Shown: piece by piece, positions 26,990 through 36,100 of the stretch
Numbering within the stretch: the first letter of the stretch is position 1
Layout of the letters: the number at the start of each line of letters is the position of its first letter
Assembly (NCBI GenBank): GCA_046313635.1
Contig: JBKBYA010000014.1
Span: 1-64,000 of the forward strand
Reading direction: 5' to 3'
Origin: Pyrinomonadaceae bacterium
Lineage (GTDB): Bacteria > Acidobacteriota > Blastocatellia > Pyrinomonadales > Pyrinomonadaceae
Length of the DNA stretch: 64,000 bases
Translations under genes and position numbers: made by a program
Notes under the pieces: model-generated
The model's input: only the letters and a program-made list of their open reading frames with translations
What the model was told of the DNA's origin: nothing
Database searches by the model: none

Positions 26990-27979
26990 ATGCCTATCAC
27001 GAACAGAACCGATTTTCACATTTACAACGACGAGTTCCACGGCGGAATGCTCGAGTCGTTGACGCAGTATGCCGGAGTCTTTAACGAGGGCTCGAACGGT
27101 GCCATCCGCCTGCTTACCGCGGACATGATCGGCGACTACCGGAAGGAAACCTTCTTCAAGTCGCTGGGTCAGGGGATGATCACTCGTCAGGACACGACGT
27201 CGAACGATCCCGTGCCCGACACGAAGATCACCGACGCCGAGCATGTCGAGGTGAAGCTCTTCCGCAAGATCAACCCGTACACCACGACCTACAACGCCTT
27301 TCGGGCGATCGGTGCGGACCCGTCCGAGTTCTCGTACATCGTCGGCCAGCAGGCCGGACAGGCGATGGTCCGCGAGATGCTCAACACCGTGATCAAGGCC
27401 ACCCGTGCGGCGATCAGCGGCATCGCGTCGAACGTCAAGGACGCGACGGCCGATACGCTCAAGTCGATCTCTCACGAGAACCTGCTCGACATGTTCGCTC
27501 TCTTCGGAGACAACTCGGACCGGATCAAGGCCCTGGTGATGCACTCGAAGCAGTGGTTTGACCTGCAGAAGCAGGGCCTGGCCGACGGCTACGAGACGAT
27601 CGCGACCGGCATCCTCAACTCGCACTATGTGCCGGCCTTTAATCGTCCGATCATCGTGACCGACTCGCCGTCGCTGGTCGACACCACGCCGAGTCCGGAC
27701 GAGTACTATGTGCTCGGTCTGACGGACGGTGCGGCCGTCGCCTCCAAGATCGACGACGTGCAGATGCTCCTCGATCCGATCTCGGGCGAAGAGCAGCTTC
27801 GCGTCCGCCTGCAGGGCGAGTACAGCTACGCGATCGGCCTCAAGGGCGTTGCGTACGACACGACCGCAGGACCGAACCCGACCGACACCGCGATCGGTAC
27901 GGCCGCGAACTGGGACCAGGTCGTGACCTCGCCGTACGACACGCCGGGAGCACTGCTCAAGGTCAATCCTAAGGTCTAA
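26990..27979 (+). CDS. Major capsid protein (HK97 fold)
   Basis: DF.IYN...E......VFN..SNGAI.L, FGD....I...VMHS, ..TDSP.L motifs; position. Confidence 0.92.
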   Translation: MPITNRTDFHIYNDEFHGGMLESLTQYAGVFNEGSNGAIRLLTADMIGDYRKETFFKSLGQGMITRQDTTSNDPVPDTKITDAEHVEVKLFRKINPYTTTYNAFRAIGADPSEFSYIVGQQAGQAMVREMLNTVIKATRAAISGIASNVKDATADTLKSISHENLLDMFALFGDNSDRIKALVMHSKQWFDLQKQGLADGYETIATGILNSHYVPAFNRPIIVTDSPSLVDTTPSPDEYYVLGLTDGAAVASKIDDVQMLLDPISGEEQLRVRLQGEYSYAIGLKGVAYDTTAGPNPTDTAIGTAANWDQVVTSPYDTPGALLKVNPKV

Positions 27980-28043
27980 CCTCACCGTAACTGACGGGGC
28001 CTCGGACCAAGCCGCGGCCCCGACTCTCAAGTAAGGAAATCCA

Positions 28044-28274
28044 ATGCCCAAGAATGCAAGAAAATTGTCGCCGAACTTCCCTGCTGGAAAGTTCACCAGC
28101 GGCGACTACATCGACCTCGGGTTCCTCAAGATCTTCAAGTTCACGACGGCGATCACGTCGGGCGTGACGACCGTCCCGGCGGCGGCCGCGGTCGGCGATC
28201 TCGCGATCACGACGAACGCCACCGGCGACGAGTCGATCTTCAAGAACATCGGCGGTGTCTGGACCGCGGTCTAA
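28044..28274 (+). CDS. Small virion protein (possible head decoration)
   Basis: Directly after MCP; Ala/Thr/Gly rich. Confidence 0.55.
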   Translation: MPKNARKLSPNFPAGKFTSGDYIDLGFLKIFKFTTAITSGVTTVPAAAAVGDLAITTNATGDESIFKNIGGVWTAV

Positions 28275-28301
28275 ACCAAGAAGTAACGCCAACCATCTCG
28301 T

Positions 28302-28835
28302 ATGGGGAAAACCATTGTCTATGCGGCGGAGAATCACCCAACGGCTCTCCGCCTTTCGCGTCTGAGGAAGAAATTCGGGGCCAGGTTCCACAGCCGGAAC
28401 CCTTCGTTCTGGTTCCCCGGCACTCCTGAGATCCCGGCGAAGAAGACCGGCGAAAGGGTCGTGTGTGAGGCCATCCCGGCCAGGCCGCCCGAAACAGAGG
28501 TTTGCGACATGGTCGTCGTCGACCAGGCCGATTCTCCGATAGTTCGGGCCTATCTCGACCGTGGGTTTGTGCTCGATCTCGGAAAGAACCGGAAGGACCT
28601 CGCGAAGCGGACCGGCGGCAAGCCGACCGTGCGTGTGCTGAGGCCGCGAAAGATCGACACGCCGCCCTCGATCATCGACCCCGAGTCGGACGACCGGATC
28701 ACCGAGTCGATGAAGGAGAGGATGTCCCGGAGCAAGCCGATCTCGAAAGAGGGGCAGGAAAAGGTAGCCGAGGTCAGATCGGCGAGAGCGGTCCGCAAGG
28801 GCCCCAACAACAAGAAACAGAAAAATAAGGACTGA
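28302..28835 (+). CDS. Hypothetical basic protein
   Basis: Position in head operon. Confidence 0.6.
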   Translation: MGKTIVYAAENHPTALRLSRLRKKFGARFHSRNPSFWFPGTPEIPAKKTGERVVCEAIPARPPETEVCDMVVVDQADSPIVRAYLDRGFVLDLGKNRKDLAKRTGGKPTVRVLRPRKIDTPPSIIDPESDDRITESMKERMSRSKPISKEGQEKVAEVRSARAVRKGPNNKKQKNKD

Positions 28836-29143
28836 TGGCCCTGACCGATACGGAAAAAGCGTACCTCGCCGAGATGCTGCGGATCCCGCACCCGGACCTG
28901 GTGTCGTCGGAGCTGACCGAGATCACGCTCTCGCAGGAGACGCTGCTCAAGGCGGACATCGCCCGCTGGCAGGTGATCAGGGGGACCTACGGGTCTTTGA
29001 ACGGACGCGGCGGCGGCGGGGTGGTCTTTGACCCGGCGGACGAACGCTCGGCCATCCGCAAGCGTGTGATCGCGATGCTCGACTGCCTCGAGGTGGTCAA
29101 CGCCTACGCTCGAAACGGCGGCAACCGCATCATGCGGGGATAA
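28835..29143 (+). CDS. Putative head-tail adaptor
   Basis: Size and synteny. Confidence 0.5.
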   Translation: MALTDTEKAYLAEMLRIPHPDLVSSELTEITLSQETLLKADIARWQVIRGTYGSLNGRGGGGVVFDPADERSAIRKRVIAMLDCLEVVNAYARNGGNRIMRG

Positions 29144-29149
29144 ACGCAA

Positions 29150-29521
29150 ATGTCACTGCTCGATACCGTCATCTCGCTCAAGGCCGTGGAGTTCAATGTG
29201 CTCCTCGGTCTCTTTCCGCCGATCGAGGGCTCGAGCGTGACTCTGCTCCAGCACGACGGGACGGTAAAGAACTTCAAGCCGACCGACAACCGGCCGCCGA
29301 TGACCGAAGGCTGGAGGACGGTCACCAACCGCTACCAGCAGACGCGTGAGCTGCAGATCGCGACGACCGAGCCGGACTTTTGGAAGGTCATCGGACGCAG
29401 CTCGCACCTGGCCATCGGGACCCACGTCTTTGAGATCGAACGCGGGTCGCTGATGCCGCCGTCGGACCGGCACCCGTACTACACGATCAAGATCTCGGCC
29501 ACGGGAGAGACCTATGTCTGA
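29150..29521 (+). CDS. Putative head closure protein
   Basis: Size, beta-rich, synteny. Confidence 0.45.
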   Translation: MSLLDTVISLKAVEFNVLLGLFPPIEGSSVTLLQHDGTVKNFKPTDNRPPMTEGWRTVTNRYQQTRELQIATTEPDFWKVIGRSSHLAIGTHVFEIERGSLMPPSDRHPYYTIKISATGETYV

Positions 29522-29933
29522 GATCGCCATCGAAGGTCTGTCGGCACTCGAGACGGACCTCAACCGCCTGCCGCAGGCCTTTAACGCGATCCACGCGAGA
29601 TTCTCTCACGCGGCCGCGGGAAGCTGGAAAAAGTGGATCATCGAGGTCGACGCCCTCGACACGCGGAGGCTGCTCTTCAGCGTCGCCGCACACGCCGCCG
29701 GCGTCGTGACCGAAGCCAAGCAGTTCGTGATCGACACGAGCCGCAACTCGCGGGTGATGTACTCGGACATCGTCGAACGCGGACGCAAGGACGGCAACTA
29801 CGCCAAGGGCAAGCCGTACACCGACGCCTACGGAGGCCGCTACCCGGCCGGCCGGGCCCTCGAGCAGATGTACGAGACCGACGCCCTCGAGGGGATCGCG
29901 ACCAGGACGCTCAGTGAGTTTTTGCACGGATGA
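29514..29933 (+). CDS. HK97 gp10-like tail completion protein
   Basis: I.IEGL..L...L, DT.RL..S, Y...VE.G motifs. Confidence 0.7.
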   Translation: MSEIAIEGLSALETDLNRLPQAFNAIHARFSHAAAGSWKKWIIEVDALDTRRLLFSVAAHAAGVVTEAKQFVIDTSRNSRVMYSDIVERGRKDGNYAKGKPYTDAYGGRYPAGRALEQMYETDALEGIATRTLSEFLHG

Positions 29934-30436
29934 CGAGAGAGGAATTCTTACAGATCTTTGAAGACATACGCCACGCGATCAGGGACAAGATCGCCGCGAA
30001 CGTACCGGCCGGCACCCGGGTCTTTGGCCGTGAGGTGTTTGACGACAACGAGTCGGTCTGGCTCGGACGCCTCGCCGACGACAACGGCGACACCCACTGC
30101 TGGAGCGTCTCGTACGCCGGCTGCCCTGCCCTAGACGACCCCGAGGTTGCGGCGGCGACAGAAGTTTTCCGGCCGACGTACCGGATCATCGGCTACCGCG
30201 GGTTCGACTTTGGCGTGGATGCCGACAACTCGTCGGACAAACACGAGCGAGAGGTCAACACGCTCCGTTGGGAGTTCATGAACGACCCGCGGCTCGGACT
30301 CGACGAGTACGTCAACCGTCACAGCGGCTTTATCGACCAGACCGTACTGGCCCGGATCGATACCCGGCCCGTCCACATCACCCGCGTCGAGATAGGCGTC
30401 GAACTGCTGCCCATACCCTACGACTTCCCGGCCTGA
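29930..30436 (+). CDS. Putative tail terminator
   Basis: Precedes major tail protein. Confidence 0.55.
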   Translation: MTREEFLQIFEDIRHAIRDKIAANVPAGTRVFGREVFDDNESVWLGRLADDNGDTHCWSVSYAGCPALDDPEVAAATEVFRPTYRIIGYRGFDFGVDADNSSDKHEREVNTLRWEFMNDPRLGLDEYVNRHSGFIDQTVLARIDTRPVHITRVEIGVELLPIPYDFPA

Positions 30437-30487
30437 CAAACGCCGACCAACCCAACCACCCTCTAACGGAGACCTCCTAAAAACGCT

Positions 30488-31561
30488 ATGGCATACCGCA
30501 ACCAGAAGAGTCAGAAACTCTACATCACATCGGCCCCGCAGCCGACCATCAACACGCCGGTCGAACTGGCCGCGAGCTTTATGCGATTCAAGACGCAGCC
30601 GATCGACACCCCGGTCCCGCAGCCGACAATGGTGACGGACGAGGGAGAGGTCGGCGACGGCGTCGGTTACGCACAGAACGTGCGGCTGTACAACTGGCCG
30701 TCGATCGACCTGTCGCTCCAGGGGCGGATGAACGACTACCTGATGCCGGTGCTGTTTGCCCGGTGCCTCGGCGGGACGGTCGTCGACGCCGCGGTCACGG
30801 CCGCGGCGAGTTACGACCACACGATCCCGATGGCGACCGAGCTCGAACTGGTCCAGCCGAAGCTCTCCACGGTGATCACCGAGGGAGCGGCCAAGTTCAT
30901 CTGGGCGGACGTCTTCGTGAAGAACTTTTCGATCTCGCAGGAGGGCGACGAGGAGCCGACCTGGCAGGCCTCGCTCGGAAACTCAGGTCTGTGGAAGGAG
31001 GTCGCCGATTCCGCGATCGTTCTCTCTTCGGTACCGGCCCTCTCGAGCAACTATCTCGGAGCCAACTACCACGGTGCGGCGACCAGGGTGACCTACAACG
31101 ACGGTGCCGCCCAGGACCTTACGGCGAGCCGCGGCCTGTGCGGCGTCTCGGTGCAGATCGACCAGCCGGTCGATGTGATCAACCTGCCGGGCGACGACTT
31201 CATCACGGCGGACGACGTCAACTCCGGCTCGTACTCGGCGACCCTCATGCGTGGGACGCAGAATGCCGACATCGTGAGGATCAAGGTCTACGCCGACACG
31301 CCTCTCGCCCAGTGGGTGAAGATGGTCGCCAACACCGTGCTGACCAACTTTACGGTCAAGTTCACGGGTAAGAAGATCGGTGCCACCACCGACTCGTACG
31401 AGACCGAGGTCGTGCTCTCGCGAGCGATGTTCATGTCGATCACGCCGACCAAGCACGGTGAGTACGAGGCCTTTGACTGCGTCGTCAGGGCACTGCCGGA
31501 CGTGACCAACCAGCGTCTCTGCACGGGCCGCGTCCGCAACGGCACGGCCACCCTGAGCTAA
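30488..31561 (+). CDS. Major tail tube protein
   Basis: 357 aa beta-rich, upstream of chaperone/tape measure, followed by hairpin. Confidence 0.75.
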   Translation: MAYRNQKSQKLYITSAPQPTINTPVELAASFMRFKTQPIDTPVPQPTMVTDEGEVGDGVGYAQNVRLYNWPSIDLSLQGRMNDYLMPVLFARCLGGTVVDAAVTAAASYDHTIPMATELELVQPKLSTVITEGAAKFIWADVFVKNFSISQEGDEEPTWQASLGNSGLWKEVADSAIVLSSVPALSSNYLGANYHGAATRVTYNDGAAQDLTASRGLCGVSVQIDQPVDVINLPGDDFITADDVNSGSYSATLMRGTQNADIVRIKVYADTPLAQWVKMVANTVLTNFTVKFTGKKIGATTDSYETEVVLSRAMFMSITPTKHGEYEAFDCVVRALPDVTNQRLCTGRVRNGTATLS

Positions 31562-31597
31562 AACACTCCGGTCTGCCACTGTGTAGAAACGGTCATC

Positions 31598-31634
31598 GGC
31601 GGGGTTCGGGCTGAGGGGCCCCGCCAGAATTTTT
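31598..31634 (+). terminator. Putative terminator after major tail gene
   Basis: GGCGGGG...CCCCGCC stem then AGAATTTTT. Confidence 0.5.
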
Positions 31635-31647
31635 GCAAGTGCTCTAT

Positions 31648-31917
31648 ATGACAACTGACAAAATCTTTGGTATACTGAAAGTAGATTATCCGGAGCTCAC
31701 GGACGATGAGTTCCGGGCGATCCAGACCGGAGAAGAGGACGTCCTCCCGGACGGTACGACGGTGGCCGAATACGCCGCCGCGGTCGAGAGACTCAAATCC
31801 GTACCCGACGTCGAGACGGCGTCGCAGCCAGAACAAATCACGATAGAACAGGAGGAGACCGCCGGCGACGCAACGGAACCGGACGAGACCTTCGACAGCG
31901 ACGAGATCGATTACTGA
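31648..31917 (+). CDS. Small acidic hypothetical protein
   Basis: ORF between tail tube and chaperone. Confidence 0.5.
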   Translation: MTTDKIFGILKVDYPELTDDEFRAIQTGEEDVLPDGTTVAEYAAAVERLKSVPDVETASQPEQITIEQEETAGDATEPDETFDSDEIDY

Positions 31918-31971
31918 TCTCTTAGAGGTCGATGACGCCGTCCGCACAGAGTACCCCGGCGGACCGCATAA

Positions 31972-32832
31972 ATGAACGAGACAGTCATCACCGAAGAAAC
32001 AAACACCACCGCAGACACCGCCGCCCCGGCGGGTTATGTCGTCGACGGGCGTTCACGCTCGGTACAGGTCGAGTACACCGACCGCAAACTCATTGTTGAG
32101 CATCAGTTCGTCAAGGCCGAAGACCGCGAACTGATCCAGTATTATCTCGCCGCCCCCTCGATCAAGGCGAACGCCAAAGGTCGCGTCGAGATACTCGGAC
32201 AGCCGTCGGCACCTGCCGCCAAACTACACGACCAGGCCTGCAGCGGCGTCCGAATTCTCTCGCTCACGGGCGAATTGAAAAAGGAGCTCACGCTCGAGGC
32301 GGTCCGCGAGCTGCGGCAGTCGATCAAGGCCGACGGCGTGCTCTCGTACATCGGCGGCTACTACGACGTGGAGCTCGGGACCGAGTCGGGCGACATGGAC
32401 GACCTGCTGTTTGACCGCGATGTCCAGCTCACGGCGACCGTCAAGACGCGGCCGACGGCGAGCGGCAAGGTCGACAAGACATTCAAGATCTTTTTGAACC
32501 GCCCGGACGACCTGTCCTTTGACCGCTTCGTCAACCATTCGTCGACGACCTCGCTGATCGACAAGTCGGACGCGATGCTTGCGGAGTTTCTCGGCGACGA
32601 GAATCTCGCGGCCCTGACCGGCGGCGAGGACGAAGGCGAGCGTGTCGCTTTCTCCAAGACGACCCAGCACGTCCGTCAGTTCCTGGACGTGGTGCGACGG
32701 AACATCGTCGGTGCCGAGGGGATCGTCTTCGAAGGTGCGGCCTACAACCCGTCCCGCAACGCGGCGATGGTCAACGCACTCGACCCGGTGCTGCTGATCC
32801 AGATCGGAGCGGCCCTGAGAAATTTTTCATAA
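31972..32832 (+). CDS. Tail assembly chaperone (gpG-like)
   Basis: Position; ends in slippery A AAT TTT. Confidence 0.75.
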   Translation: MNETVITEETNTTADTAAPAGYVVDGRSRSVQVEYTDRKLIVEHQFVKAEDRELIQYYLAAPSIKANAKGRVEILGQPSAPAAKLHDQACSGVRILSLTGELKKELTLEAVRELRQSIKADGVLSYIGGYYDVELGTESGDMDDLLFDRDVQLTATVKTRPTASGKVDKTFKIFLNRPDDLSFDRFVNHSSTTSLIDKSDAMLAEFLGDENLAALTGGEDEGERVAFSKTTQHVRQFLDVVRRNIVGAEGIVFEGAAYNPSRNAAMVNALDPVLLIQIGAALRNFS

Positions 32833-33122
32833 ACCGTCTCGCGTACCTGGAGAGCGAGGCGGAGCAGTTTTTTTACCGATCGGCAAAGGGTGGGGGTCGT
32901 TTTGAATACACGGACCACCCTGAGCTGTTCCACCACTTTGCCGAGGCCAACCGGATCGAGGAGGAGCTGCAGCACCACCTCCCGCCGTCGAAGCCTCTGC
33001 CGCCGGGGACCAAGGCCTGCCTGAGGGGTCTGTGGCACGGTCGATCGAAGTGGGACCGCGAGAACGTACCGTCGAAGCCGTCCGGACCCGCAAATCCGGT
33101 GACGATCGACAGTGACTTTTAG
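32820..33122 (+). CDS. -1 frameshift extension of tail assembly chaperone (gpT-like)
   Basis: Start-less open -1 frame from the slippery heptamer to TAG at 33120-33122 (FINRLAYLESEAEQFF...IDSDF). Confidence 0.8.
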   Translation, partial: KFFINRLAYLESEAEQFFYRSAKGGGRFEYTDHPELFHHFAEANRIEEELQHHLPPSKPLPPGTKACLRGLWHGRSKWDRENVPSKPSGPANPVTIDSDF

Positions 33123-33157
33123 CAGGCGGCAGACCTCACCGCTCCCTTTCCTCCAGC

Positions 33158-36100
33158 GTGGCCAGCAAATCCTATACATACGACGTCCGCATCAGAGCCA
33201 GCCTCGATACTTCGAAAGTATCGGGTGCTGGCTCTACTGTCAGGCAGAAGGCCGAACAGGAACTGAACCAGGCCCACGAGGCCGGTCTCCGGCAGCGGGA
33301 GCAGAAGACGAAGGCGTCGCTCGACTTGATGGCCAACTGGGAACGCCAGCACGCCGACAAGGTCAAGCGTGAGCAGAACGATTACACCTCTTGGTGGGGT
33401 CAGGAGCTGGACAAACGAGACGCCAAGACCCGGGCTTCTTTGGAGAAGCAGGGCAAGGACACCAGGGACGCTCTCGACAGGAAGAAAAAGGCCGATTTCG
33501 AGTACACCCAGTGGTGGGAAAAAACCCTTAACGATCGTGACCGCAAACTGCAGCAGGCCAGCAAGGCCGAACTCGACCGGGTCGAAAAGAAGAAAAAGTC
33601 CGATCTCGAGTACACACGGTGGTGGGAGATCCAACTCGACAAGCGGGACAAGGCCGAACGAAGGCATCTTGACGACGTCACGAAGCTGCGTCGCAAGACG
33701 GTCGACCTCGCTGTAAAAACGGACGACCTGGTCAAGCGGTCGGAGGCCGACGTCAAGGCTCTCAACGCCAAGACGGCGGCGATGGAGCGGTACAACCGGT
33801 TGTTAGAGCGTTCGAACCGGACCGGCAGCGGCAAATTCACAGAGCGCGGTTTGTTCCAGGCGTCGAACGAGGATTTCGAAAAAAGCTCAGCCGCTGCAGG
33901 CTCGAGATCCGCGAGTGCGTTTATGCGGTCGTTCCGCGGCGCCGTGATCGGCATCCTCACCGGGATGGTGATCGGAGAGATATTCCAGATCATCCAGAGC
34001 ACGTTCGCGACTGCGGTGTCGATGGTCCAGAAGGGCGTTGAGCTGCAGCAGCTTCGCGTTGGATTGACGGCCGTGTCCACAACCGCCACCGAGGCGTCGG
34101 AGCGCGTGAAGATACTCGACAAGGTCGCCCGCGACACTCCCGGACTTTTGTTCGAGAACGCAGTCGAGGGTCAGATGCGTCTTCAGGCCGTCGGTTTCTC
34201 GGCGAACGAGGCGACGACGATGCTCAAGGGCCTTTCGAAGGTCCGCATACTGTCGAACGCCACGGACGAGGATTTTCGCGCGGTCATCCTCAACCTCACC
34301 CAGATCAAGTCGCTTGGGCGGCTGACGGGCGATGAGATCCGCGAGACGCTTGGTCGTATCCCGGCGATGGCCTCGGTATTCCGTCGTGCTTTTGGTACGG
34401 TCGATATCAACCAGATCAGGGAGATGCAGCTCTCGAGCTATGAGTTCTTCCAGAAGTTCAACAAGGCGCTGAACGAGGTGCAGGCTCCGGCTGAGTCGGT
34501 GTCGTCTGCGTTCATACACCTACAGAACGCGTGGACAAAATCGTCCGAGGTGCTTGCCGAGCCCGTGCTTCCGGAGTTGCAGCAAGCGTTCGAGAATCTC
34601 TCGGACATCCTGACCCGCAACGAGGATGCGTTCCGATCGTGGGGTCAAACGCTGGCATCCGCGATAGATCTTGTCGACAAACTCGCGAGTGCCGTCGACT
34701 ACCTCTACAACATCCAGCAGCCGTCGGCACCGGGAAAGGCGTCCTGGCTCGCGACGCTCAACCCCTTCGCCAGCGTCCCGCAGAAGTTGGGCTACACCGA
34801 AGAGCAGATCCGGACGGGTCGGCTCGACGGCAGCCGCGATCCGCGGGCCTCTTCTCTCTCGATCGACGAGCAGCTCGCCAACGCCACGACGATCGAACAG
34901 AAGATGCGTGTGCTTGACGAGGCGACTCGCGACGCTCATGAGCGTGCTCTGTCGGACCTGACCGTCAACCTCAACAAGCGGCGGATACTGGTGCTGCAGA
35001 ATGCCGGCTTCTCTCGCCAGCAGGAGCTGAATCTCCAACTCGAATTGTCCAAGATCGAGCGGGACGGGATCACACTCCGACGGGAGGAGGAGCAGGCCGA
35101 CTTTGAACGCAAGCTGGCCCTTACACGCGAAGGTTCAGAGGAGCGGCAGCGTCTGATCGAGGACCACAACCGTCTTGTCGAATCGATGGAGAAATCCTCG
35201 GCCGCCAAGCTCGTCGAGATCGACCGGAAGATGTTTCAGGACAGGATCGGTCTGCTCCAGGATTACGCTGAACAGTGGGCAATGACGCTCAACAGTCAGT
35301 ACGCGTTGGACACCGCAACCAGTCGCGGATCGCTGCAGGGAGCGGATACGTCGACTCCGGGTCGGGCTGCCGCGGTGAACGCGAAGACATTCGAGCAGCA
35401 GCTCGCCGATCTGGATCAACAACGTCGCGTCCTCGAGGGCCGGAGACGGATCGCGAAGGAAGGATTCATTGACGACCACGGAGTATTCACACCGGGCCGT
35501 CCGCAGTCCGACTGGTTAGCGATCGACAAGGAGTACGAGGCGAAGATGAAGGAGTTGAAAGCCCAGGAGCTGCAACTCAGGGCCGCCCGGAACAACCAGA
35601 TCGCGTCTGAAACCCGCTCGCTGCAGCAGATGATGCTGCGGGACGGCCGGCTGACGATCTCGACGGGCGATCCGGTCAAGGACCGCATCCTGGTCGAGGC
35701 CGCGTCGAAGTACAACTTCAGCCCGAACATCCTCGCGGCCCAACTGATACAAGAGTCCGGCGGCAAACGCAACGCCGTCTCTCCCAAAGGTGCGGAAGGT
35801 TATTTTCAGTTCATGCCCGGCACCGCCAAGCGGTTCGGCGTCAACCCGTACGACTTCAAGTCCGCGGCCGAGGGGGCCGCGAGGTATATCAACCTGCTGC
35901 TTGGCATGTTCGGCGGCGATCTCGACCTCGCCCTGGCCGGCTACAACGCTGGTGAGGGGGCGGTCAAGAAATACGGCGGCATCCCGCCGTACAAGGAGAC
36001 GCGGGATTACGTCCGCCAGATCAAGGCCCGACTCGCCAAGGCGGTAAACATCGACCCGAGCGTCTCCTTCGGAACCTTCGACGTTGCGGGCGGCAGTGAC

